From assembly GCF_001194135.2 (NCBI RefSeq), contig NC_068981.1, positions 40,753,884 through 40,817,883 on the forward strand: a stretch of 64,000 bases of DNA, written 5' to 3'. Position 1 is the stretch's first letter. The number at the start of each line of letters is the position of its first letter. The position numbers and the translations under genes were made by a program. The notes below the pieces were generated by a model, which was given only the letters and a program-made list of their open reading frames with translations, had not been told where the DNA came from and made no database searches. Source of the stretch: Octopus bimaculoides (lineage: Eukaryota). This document shows positions 50,590 to 63,528 of this stretch, piece after piece.

Positions 50590-53500
50590 GGAATCTTATA
50601 TGTATACCAGTCTGCCTAAGTAATGGATCTGCAAATACAATATCCCTACATATCTCACATCTATTTTCATTCCTTCACTCTCTATTTCGTATCTTATCTA
50701 AATTAACTATTGCTTAACCATCTTCTCACACCGCCTCCGATGAAGGGATATAATAAACATCCTGGAAACAGCTGTAATACCTATTTATAAATGTTCTAAA
50801 ATCTACACAGGCTTGGTTTTTTTATCTCATTACAAAAAAATGTTTATATATATATATATATAAAATACCATTAAAATTAATAATAATATCCTCGAAAATA
50901 TATGTTAATACAACATTATCATGGTTATCCAAAATTAGTGAAATTGCAACTGAACATCTGAAAAAATTTACCAATTAATAAGCACTAACAAAAAGAAATG
51001 CCTAAATTGAATCCAGCTAGTAGTATTCAGTGCTCTAACTACACATCCATGTTAAGTTGGATATAAAGATTACCTTTTGGTATTTATAATCTGTCACTAA
51101 TAATTATATATATAAATATACAAATATATTTGTGTATTTCCTTCTGGTTTGCTGTTGTTTCATAGTAGAAGACTAAACTGGGAATACAGCCCAAATCTGA
51201 ATCTGCAGTGTATTTCAGCAAAGATTTGAAAATATACAAGTTTCTTGCCTACCCTCTCTTTCTTAAAACAGTATATCAATTTCATTGCTTTTAGTATTTC
51301 TTATATAATAAACAGATAAAGCTTCTCACTTCATGTAAAAATATAATTTGTTAGTATCTGGACAGATCTTTATCTAAGATATCTGACGAACCCACAATGC
51401 AGTAGGGGGCACAAAGAAAAGCAGCTCCAACCAACTCATAACTTCACCAGAAACAGTACAGAAAAAAAAATCAATCATACAGAAAGGTGGTGCTCTAGCA
51501 TGGCCTCAGCCTCTAGCTGGATAAAAGATAACAAAATGTATATATATCATCATTATTTTATAGTTGTTTCTTCATGTTCACATGGTTTAGATTGTTCTTG
51601 CCACATTGTTTTGTCATTTCTTGTGGTCTTTTTCTCCTGCAGATTTGTTCTACTTTGTTTTGTTTTTTTCTTTTTCTAGTCATGATAGTTCTTTGACCAA
51701 AATTCTATCCTCCATATGCACCACATGTCTGCACCAACTCAGTTTTCTATTTTGCACACATTTTACACTTAGCTCATTTGTGATCCATCATTTGTGATGC
51801 AGCCAGTCACCAGGGGGGCCACTCTAGACACTTTCATAGTAACCCATTGCCACTGGTCTTTGTTCTCTGTTATGCACAACAGGTTTGCAGTGTTGTGACC
51901 TGTCCAGTCCTTAATATTGTCAAACCAGAATTTTCTCTGTCTGCCTCTCTTTTGTCTTCCCTCAACTGTGTCCTGAAGAATGGTTTTAGACAGGGAGTTG
52001 TGGCAAGATAAATGCCACAGTGCTAAAAACAGAATTTCTGGATTCACTTGTTAAAACTAGTTCTTTCTTAACTACATTTAAAGCTTCTTGGGTAAAAACA
52101 TGCTTTTTTTTTCTACCAGAATATGAAGACATCATAATGAAGAAATGTCTGCTGTATCAGTTAACTTCTTTAGTCATAATATAAACCTTGAACTTGCCAA
52201 ATTATACTTCAAAAATAAAATTTCAGTATGCTGATATTTTGTCAGATTGTACCAGTTTTTGTTTAATAACATTTCTATATTCAATTAACCCTTGAAATTT
52301 CCTCGAAATTTAACTTATGCATATACATTATGTATTTTATATATTATGATTATTTCTACTAGCTAGCATTGCAGAATGCTTTACGATACTTTCCACCAAA
52401 ATTTCACCAAGTCTTAGCACCAGAGTTTGCAGCAGAACTTCAAGACTATGGCCACATCTATATGTACCGCTTTCGTCCCATCTTGAATATGAAGTAATCA
52501 TTACTTTTATTAATTTCTTTTATTATATTTTTAATATGAAACAATTATTGTAATTAGGATACTGGATTACTAACAAAAGATACACAAAAACTGTTAAAAT
52601 ATATTTAAAAATAAATACATGTGCCCATAAATACACATATATACATTGATATCAGAAAGGTAGTGATAAATAAATATTGTTTAGTTAATCATCTTAATTT
52701 CAGCTGCTTAAAATTGATTACAAAATGCATTGATCATGATTTTAGTCACAAACTAAATAAAAACAAATCATAATTATAAAGTTTATAATAATTATATTAA
52801 TTATAAATCATCATCATCATCATCATCGTTTAATGTCCGCTTTCCATGCTGGCATGGGTTGGACGGTTTGACTGAGGACTGGTGAGCCAGAGGCTGCACC
52901 AGGCTCAATCTGATCTGGCAAAGTTTCTACAGCTGGATGCCCTTCCTAATGCCAACCACTCCGAGAGTGTAGTGAGTGCTTTTTACGTGCCACCAGCATG
53001 AGGGCCAGTCAGGCGGTTCTGGCAACAACCACGCCCAAAAGGTGTTTTTACATGCCACCTACACGGGAGCCAGTCCGGCAGCACTGGCAACGACCACACT
53101 CGAATGTTGTTTTTCACATGCCACCAGTACATGTACCAGTAAGGCGATGCTGGCAATGATCACACTTGAATGGTGCTTTTCACATGTCACTGGCACAAGA
53201 GCCAATCCATGGCCCTGGCAATGAGCACGCTCAGATATGCTTCTTTTAACATTCCATTGGCACGAGTGCCAATCAGACAGTACTGTCATTGGCCACATCA
53301 GCGATTTTGATTTGTTTACACTTGCTTCAATAGGTCTTCACAAGCAAAGTTCATTGTCCAACGAATGAGGGGTACTCATAAGTGGGCCAGTTACACCCCA
53401 CGACTACATGGTTAGGAAACAAGCTTCTTAACCACTGGGTTTGTGTGTGTGTATGTATGTTGGTGAAGGATTACCAATACATTGGTGCATCGAACAAAAA

Positions 53501-56500
53501 TACACTGTGGTATTTTTTCTGCCTGAGTAATGTTCTTTTATACTGTCAAGGTCATAGCTATCAATTAAATAAGTATCAAAGTACTACTGTCATTACGATT
53601 CACAAAAAATCTTTGAATGCAGTGCCCCAGACTGACTGCCAAGCAAAGTCTGAAACAAATAAAAGAATAAGTGAATAAATGAATACATATTAAATCTAAA
53701 AACGAGATTATATAACTACTATTGTTTGTTGTTTTCTTTTCTCCTTCCGCCCACCTTCTGTATGAAGGGCATACCCGATTAGAGAATATCCTGCAAAATG
53801 TCTCCAAGCTGCTGCCATCATGCACATGATTATGAACAACCTGAATCCAGAAGTTGCACAGTTTCCTCATGAACTTGTTACTTATGGAGGTAATGGACAA
53901 GTATTTTCCAACTGGGTTCAGGTGAGTATATTGAATAAGTATTTCTCCTATTTATTCATTTCTGTTTCACTTTCTAATTTTGCCATTATTTATTTATTCT
54001 TGTCAAATGAGTGAATGACTGAATAATCTGTATAGAATATTACTTGTACCAAACGAAATATAATTAAAAAGACTAAACAGAAATAGGATGAACAAATAAG
54101 AAATTATATGTATACATGTTGTTGTTGCTTAGTACTTGGTTCTCAAAGTTATATTGTAAAGAACAATCATCACATTCCTGTGAAATGAACCAAGAAAATA
54201 TAAAGACTGTGAGAATGTTTTCTATAATTTCTCAATGCTGTGAAAGAGTGACACTTTTTGATCAGCTGTTCTTCAATAATTCATACCAAACAGGTCTGAA
54301 GAAGTTGCGAGATATACACCATTCTCTTATGTTTATCAGTTTTAATTAATTTAACCAATGAAACTAAAGTGTTTCTTTTCTATTTGTAGTTTCTGTTAGT
54401 TATGTATTATTTGTCTAATATGACTGAAGAACAAACACTTGTGATGTATTCTGGACACCCGATGGGATTGTTTCCGAGCAACAATTCAGCACCTAGAATG
54501 ATTATAACCAATGGAATGGTAAGAAATCCACAGAGATAAATTAATTTAAAAGTTTTTATTATTCTAAACTGAGGAACCTGAGGTTCAATAAGATGCCATT
54601 TATATGTTTGCCTCATTGCTACAATTTAGAGTTGTGCCAATCTGTTTATATGAGTTCAATTCCTTCTCTTCAATGAAAATTTGGAACAGATGAATGAACA
54701 ACTAATGAAGCAATTATAGGTAATAAGGTTTGAAAAAAAATAAGGCAGCATGCACTTGATCCACAGAGCTTCACTCAATAATACACATTATGTTTCATTT
54801 CTTTCTATTGTCAGAACATCACTGAAAGCTTCTATATTCAGAAGCAATCATATGTGCTCCTGCACACAATCTATTCCTCAACCAGACCTCTCCACAACCC
54901 ATCTTCCCAACACCCCCTTCCTTCCACCTTGCTCACCAAGCGCTGCACTTCCCCCACCCTTGCTCACCAAATGCTTCACTTCCCCTCACTCACTTTCCCT
55001 CATGTACCTACCTGCACATAACATTCCCCCATTGAATCTCTTCCCCAAAGCATATTTCCTCCTCTCTTCCCACTCTCCCCCTGCCTGAGGTAGCCATGTT
55101 TCCTGTCTAGTGCAAGACTCCTTTTTCTGTCTCTCAACACTACCCAACCACCCTCAATTGAGGGGTTAGTCATACAAATTACTTGGTGACCTCACTGCTG
55201 CTGCTGCTGGTGCTATGTAAAAGCACTCACTACACTCTATAAAGTGATTGGTATTAGGAAGGGCAACCAACCATAGAAACCATACCAAAGCAATCAGCAG
55301 GGATTCTGAAGTCTTCTGACTTTCCAGTTCCTGTTCGACCATTCAACCTTTGCCTGGATGTTAAATGATGATGGTGTACTAATTCTCTTCCTATTTCTTT
55401 TGCGTATTTGTTTCCATAAGAAGATTCTATATCTTTCTTGGTTTTTCTTAACTTCCAAATTATCCAACATCCATTACTTCTCTCAAACTGTATAATTAGA
55501 CCATTTGAGATGTTTTAGTAACAGACCATCGTCAGCGCCACAACTTAAAAACCAAGAAAAACGCAGTTGAAGTTTCACAACTTTCAGAATGCGATATCTC
55601 TACAAGGAATGAAATTAGGAAGCTGGTTTTGGTCTTAAAATGACTGTGAAGACTTCCTCTAATCATTCCACCTATGTAGAATTATTTATTTATGCATGCA
55701 TCTGAAACAATGACTATGTCTTTCTCATTTTACAGTTCTATAGTTAAGAGATGAGGAATTATGAGCATTATTTACATTATTTACATTTGACAGATATTTG
55801 TCTTCATCTTGTTTGTTGTTAACACAATGTTTCGGCTGCTATACCCTCCAGCCTTCATCAGATGAGGACAAATATCCGTCAAATGTAAATAATGTAAATA
55901 ATGTAAATAATGCTTTCTCGTTTTGTAGAATATACCAGTACTATGAAACGGTGTATCATAGTACCAGTATATTTTAGCCATAATACCTAGAAAAAACATA
56001 CAGAAACCCCCAGGTATTGTTTGTGTGTTAATATACCAAGGTATCTTTAAGAGATAAGTAAGACAAGATAGTAAGATAATAGCCTATTATCATTACGATA
56101 GTAACAAGGAATATTAGAAAATGAGCCATAACACCTTGAAAAACGATACAGGGGCCATACCAAAGTTATTGATTGAGCATGTGTACTTACGATCGTGTGT
56201 TACTAAACTCTCTGGTCTGAGTTCAGGTGAACAAACACCTTGTCAATAGCGTCGAGATACAATTTTTTCAGCTGGATTTTCAACCTTATTGCAAGCCTCA
56301 TTGGTTCTTCTTCCCAACTTTTTCAGATTCTAGACGTTGAGATAAAGAAAATGATATACTAACCTCGAAAATGGCCAGGGTGGCACTTATGGCACTCTAT
56401 TACAAAACACCTCATTTATCAAAAGAACTTAAACAAAGAAAATACTATAGCTAAATCATAGAAAAAAACATTAAGCTTCAACTCAACACTCATAGTCTAT

Positions 56501-57558
56501 ATTTAACCCCTTTTATATAAACCTACCTGTGATTGCTCTTATTCTCCAATACAATACCTCACATTTTAAAGCATAAAAATTATAACCTTTCATCATAATG
56601 CTATGTAAAAAAAGTTTTTTGTTAAGATATGTTCTAAATATTTGCTTAATGATGAAAATTAAGTCATTTTACTGTCCCTCCAAAACTTTGATTGTTAACA
56701 AAATTAGCTGAAAAACAGAAGTAGCATATTGTAAGAAATAATGGGCAAATAAACACTGAAAGAGTTTACAACTAAAACAGATATATCTAATACATGACCC
56801 TTCGTTATTTCCACAGAATACCAATGTTCCAACACTTGATTCAATTTTAACTTAATGTCTTCTTTGTATCCCTATTAGATGATCCCAAATTATTCAAGCA
56901 AAGAAATATATGACAAACTATTTGCTTTAGGAGTGACAATGTGAGTATTTTTTCTATTCTTTTCATTTTTCAGGAAAATACCTGAACATATCTGATGCAG
57001 TATCAATTTCTATGCTCTGTAAAAAGCCTGAATTATTGCAAGACTCTACATAGTTGCTTAATCTACAACAAATAGCAGCCAAATATCTCTCAATAAGCAC
57101 CCTGCTACTGAGGTGTGATTCCTTTATATTTTTGAAAGCAACATTAAATGAAGTCCAAGTCATTGGCTATTCAAAATTGTCCAGTCATAAACAACAAAGA
57201 ACAAACTCAAAGTAGAATGTCAATCTTTAATATGATAAATATATCCATCCACTCTATCCAATCACTACACAAAATTTAATCAAAATATGTATAGAAAAAA
57301 AGTATTTCAAATATTATGAATATTAATGTGAGAAATAAACATGTAAACTGGTCTTTTAATGATGTGTATGATCCACTAGGGATTCTCCTGGCCACTTGAG
57401 AAAATCTATTTCTCATGCACTGTCCATGTATATTGCTCCTGCACAGCTACCATATGCAAAGTCTTGCTCTGTCAGCCTCCCTGTGATTTCTTTGCACCCC
57501 TTGTATGTCCATAGTTTGTGTTGGGTACACTATGTGAAATTTCTATCAACTCTCTCGC

Positions 57559-57646
<88 letters not shown>

Positions 57647-59464
57647 CTATTCACTATACACACACACACTCACACACATCAAATGTTAGCTGTCATTGGA
57701 TATTCAAAATTATCCAGTCAATGTTACCTGTCACTGGCTTCAAAATTGTCCAGTCATGAACAACAATGAACAAACTCAAAGTAGAATGTCAATCTTTAAT
57801 ATAATAAATATATACATCCACTCTACCCAATTTAATGAGTGAAAAACCCAGCCATCTGTGAAGGTGGCAACTCACCATGCACTCACCAACAATAAAGAAT
57901 TATCTATACTTTTTCCAAGGTATGGACAAATGACTGCTGGGAGTTATTGCTATATTGGCCCTCAAGGAATTGTACATGGTACAACAGTAAGTATCATTAG
58001 ATTATTTTATCTTAACTGTTAATTAATTACAGCCTACTACTGGATCTAGTTGGTTTGGCTGCCAGCATTTCAAAAATTAAAATTTATTGAAAATTTTAAA
58101 ATTTGGCATATTAATTTACTTTTCCAAGCTACATTGCAAGAGTTATTTCACTTTTTCCAGAAAAATATTTTAAAAAGTTATGGAGGTTTAAAGTTTGATC
58201 ATTTTCACCCAGTCAAGAAACAGGATTTGGAAGCTGTCATTTTGTGCGTAACTGAACATGTTGTCAACATTCTGAAAATAGAACATGCTTTTATATGAAA
58301 CTGTAAACAAATCAAATTCTGCTTAACGTATGACATATAACCGCTCATAACTTTTTTGAAATTTGGAATTTTCAGAAAATTTTTGTGAATTTGTACTCTA
58401 CGCATGGGAATTATGAACAATTATGCAAGAAATTTTTAATGGGGTGGGGCATGGTTTAAGGCCTATTTAGCTGTTATTTTTAGCACATCTCTCGACCAGG
58501 GTACAAACAACAGATGGACACAAGCAACAGATGAGCACAAGTAACAGAACACAGCATCAACGCACGTGACATCACATAGAATATATTTGTCAACACAGCT
58601 TCTCGCTGGCTAAATTACCCAAAATTTTCAAACTTTAATTGCTAATAACTCTTTATTTATTGATTTATAGCGAAAATGATTTTCACATCATTCATTAGCC
58701 AATAAAAGTGTATAATTACACTGAATATGAAATCAAATCAAACAGAAATTGATGCTGGCAGCCAAACCAACTAGATCTCTAATGATCTGTACCATTGAGA
58801 TATATAGTATTGATATGTGCATCCACAGATGACAGAAAAAAATTCCCTTAACTTTAGCTGGATTAGAACACTTAGTCTACACTTTACATTGAACATTAAT
58901 TACTTTTACCCCCAAAAGGGAAAACAAAATCAACAACCAAATGGAAAGCAAAAGGAAAAAGAGAATGACATAATGAGTGAAAGACATAAACAGTACTAGA
59001 TTATTGCTAGAAAATCTTGAGACCTCAGTCTATATCAAGAATTAAATGTGCAAGAGTGTTTGTCCCTATTTCTGACTATATCTTTATAGTCAGAAATAGG
59101 GACAAACACTCTTGGTTTTAGCTAGTGTCCACATGTGGGATCTGGCTACATAGTAGAATAATTTTACAGCTCAACAAATGTTAGTTTCTTCCTTACCATG
59201 CTAATGGTCAACAATGGGAAAGCATTCTTCCAATAAAAAAGAAAAAAAATTAGTTTTGCAGAAAGTATCCAACTTATTGCTATTGGAATTTTTAATTGCT
59301 CCTTGGTTTCATTTAATTTCATCTGCCCACTTATAATTCATGCATAAACTGGAAAACCATAACATTGGTTTAAATCATTATAGATGCTGGATAAAATAAG
59401 AGCAAAGCAAAAACCTTATTCTTAACTTGATTTGAGCTTCCTCCAGCAATGAAGACATTCTCTC

Positions 59465-59523
<59 letters not shown>

Positions 59524-62421
59524 NNNNNNNNNNTCAGTAAGTGTTATTTCTTATTTACTTCTATCTAGAAATCTAAGGAAATTACTTCTATTCCCTTCAA
59601 ACTTCGCTTTTGTGACCTGGACATCAATGCTTTAAAACTGACTTATTTTCTGTTACTGACCTATTTTCTGTGAAACAGAAATATCATTATAGCAAACATT
59701 CTGCTCAATACCACAGATCTGCTTGTTAATTGCTTGACTTTAACCACTTGAACATACCCTTTAGCGGCTGACAATATGTGCATCTCTGATCATGAGCAGG
59801 AGTAGTGGTGGAGCATCATAGCAATGTGTTGAAAGAGATTCTTTGAAGTTTGAATAATTGTAACAAAAGCAAAGTTTGAAGGAAATATTAGCTATTTTTC
59901 ATACTTTCAAGAGATTAACAAATTGGAAATAACAGTTGCTACCCAAGGACAAAAGTCATGTTACACAGTGTTATGATTCTCATTCATTCAGTTTCTTAAA
60001 AAAATTCTTAATATATGGTCTTTCATTTAAATCTTCTTGTTTTAGCTGACATTACTCAATGCTGCTCGTATGTATTTAAAAACTGATGATCTTTCTGGAA
60101 AGGTAAGATTTCAATATACAGTATTCCCTCACCATATCCCGGTTTATTATTTAAGCTTATGCCAATTTCTCCATGGTTTTGTTTTGCATTTATAATAAAA
60201 TAAATATATTCAAATTATAAAAATAATAAAAAATATACAGTATTGTTTCTACTTCGTGGATTCTCACCTATTGCGGGGTGTTGGGGGTGTAACACCTGCG
60301 ATAGTCGAGAGATTACTGTATTCACTTTTTTTAACTATAGTATTACCATGATAACAATAATTGCTGATGTCTCTTTGTGTTATAAATACTAGTCCAAATA
60401 TATGCATTAACCAGTATCTTCATAATTTTGAATTCAAATTCTGCTTGAATCAACTGAACACCAAACCCTTCAAGATAAATGATTGAATTATTAACTGATA
60501 AATTTCATCAGCATTCAAACCTCAGCCCGTATCAGATTAAATTCCCCAATATCTTGGTTCTATATCTTGGTTATCTATCTTCAATGTCGCAAGATTAATT
60601 ATGCAAATATAAGCTGAGTTATGAGATGAAATAATTCAGGAATATATTACTGTGTTGCTACAGATACAAATATCCCAGAACACATCCCAACATAAAAAAA
60701 GATAATTTGCTTGATTATCAATTACACAGTCACCAACATACTACCACCCCTAACTCACACATTTTTACTATCTCTACCTTATGTTTTAATACTACAATAC
60801 CTTTGCTTCATCTGAAGTAGATAGTAATAAACCACCTCCATTATCCTTACTGCCTCACTTCCCAGAACATATACTAAACACTTTGCCTTCATTGCTACAA
60901 GCTAGTGTACTCTCCCAGCTACATCCACTGGCCTACAGGCATACGTTGAAAGCAGGTACATACTAAAAGAAGGGAAATGCCCAAAGCAGGTCCATTCACC
61001 CAAGTTATTATCATCATTTTCATCACTTTTTAGCAAATTTATTAAATGGCAGCACCTCCCTCCAGCACCATCATTCTTTCCAAGCTGAACTTTAAGAAGA
61101 TGATGAGAACTTGGACAAAGAGGAAAGTGTTTATATTAAGTTTCTTCAGTTCTATCTAAAATTCTATCACTTTCTCCATTGTCACAAAGCAGAGGAAAAT
61201 TGTTTGTCAAATGAAGGTGGAGGAGTGACCCTCAAGATGGCTTCAGTTTTTAATTGGATAATTCTGATAGTAGCAACAGCTGTTCAATATAACTCTACAA
61301 GTCATCAATACCTGGACACTGAATGAGTACTTACAGAACAATTTCATCACTCTGCACATATCTTGATGTAATGACCCAACTCCATCTTTCAAATTCCAAC
61401 TCTGGTGCATATGTCAAAATTATAATGATCATTTTTTTTTTCTACTCTTGGCACAAGACCTGAAACTTTTTTTCAGTAGAAACTAATGAATAAAGAAATC
61501 AAACTACATAAACAAACAGCAGCAAAACTGTTCAGAAATTAAATAACGCTAACATATTAAGTAACAATAATAAATTTAATTTATCCTCGACAATTTTTAG
61601 TTTTACCAATTTTGAATATATTGCTCCAGCTTAAAACCTCTTACCTACTTGACAATTGCATTTCTAGCTCTGCCTTGAAGGAAGCTTTACTTCTTGAACT
61701 CACATTTTTGTGCACAACGATGCTGCTAAACCTCCATTAACAGCACCATATGCAGGTCCTCTCCATTTTCTTTCACACACAGATAATTTTTTCACTGTAG
61801 ACCTTAATGGTCATAAAGACACTATATCAGTGGATGGACCAAAAAATGCCTTCATAGAGAAAACTTTCCCTGTACCCACTGCAGATGACACACACACAGC
61901 ATTACAAACATGGCCCACACACCCACCTTCACATTCTAGGACTACCATTGGGATGGATCAGGTACCAGATAAGGATTCTGGATTATTTTTCCAGTTTTTT
62001 TACTTAATTTTTGAGAGCAGTTGGGTTCATTTTTAGTATTCTCATTTAGTATTCTCGTTTGAAAAAATGTGGCACCTCAAGGAGACTACCGTACCAGTGA
62101 TTGTAGGATCTCTAGGAATGATTAAAAAAAGTACTGAAACCTATTTGAAAATGATACCAGGCTTACCATCCCTACAGGAAGTGCAAAAAATCGTGTTAAC
62201 TGGAATGACTCATGTACTGAGAAGAGCATTATCGCTGTGAAAACAACATCCATTCATGAATTTTTTTTTTATTTATTAATTTTTTTTTTAATACATATTT
62301 TGCCTGTGAATTTGCGTGTGTAAATTGGGAATGCATACAATGAGTTTCTCTGCCCGAGGTGTACGGAAAACACTCGGCGAGAAATGGAAGAAAATTTGAA
62401 GAAAGAAGAAACAAAAAAAAA

Positions 62422-62456
<35 letters not shown>

Positions 62457-63476
62457 GTTGAAGTGAAGACCAAATATATAGTGTGTGTGTTTAATTGGCA
62501 AAATATGACCATCCTCAAGTATAACGATTACTATTATTACATGTTATGTATTATGACTATTACTATTTCCAACAGGTATTTGTCACATCTGGCTTGGGAG
62601 GCATGAGTGGGGCACAGGCAAAAGCAGCAGTTATTGCAGGTTGTGTTGGAGTTGTAGCTGAGGTGGGTATATTATAATTCAAACTTTAACTCTTACAATC
62701 AACTTCAAATGTTAATGATGTGTCTAACAGCAATCAATAGCTGGCCTTCTAATTGTGTGATTTGTGTCTCAATATGGTATTGATGCTATTATTAAACACA
62801 GTATGGTATTTGTATTATGTTTGCATTTGTCTAACCACTTCTTGACAACTGGTGTTGATTTGTCTACTCGCTATAACTTAGCAGTTTGGTAAAAGAGGCC
62901 AATAAACAAATAGAATAAGCACAAAAATGTTTTAATGTCCTGGGGTCAGTTGTTCAACTAAACCTTTTGAGGTAGTGCCCTTGCATAGCTGCAATTCAAT
63001 TACTGAAACAAGTAAAATATAGACGATTTGTACTCTAAAGAGATGGTTTAGTCAAAGCTAGAATTTCCTTTTATCATAAGTTTATTAAATCAGTCTGATT
63101 TTGTACTAAACAATATCAATTTATATTATATTATGAATTGTTCTTATGTGTTTCCCAAAAACATACCTGTTAATTGATATGACAGTGCCTACTGATAGAA
63201 ACATCTCAACAAAGGGATTTAAAAAGCTTTCAAAATATAAGGACCTTGAGATTGAGATATCCAGGACGTGGCAATTAAAAACCCTGGGAATGATAAAGAA
63301 GGGTAATGACAAATTTTTTGGCCGTATCCCTGGGAAACCAACAGTCCATGAGACTCAAAAAATTATGTTGACATCAACTGCTCACATTCTCGGGAAGTTT
63401 CTTTCCATCTAATATATACGTGCCTTAGGTCTTTGGTTGAGACTCGGCTGGAAGATGAAATAAAATGCAATTCAAT

Positions 63477-63528
<52 letters not shown>

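Noticed and set aside
52980-53270. Regularly spaced ~40-bp repeats resembling a CRISPR array (also 46520-46690, 47390-47600)
   Set aside because: Degenerate tandem units inside a eukaryotic retroposon family, with no unique spacers and no cas genes.
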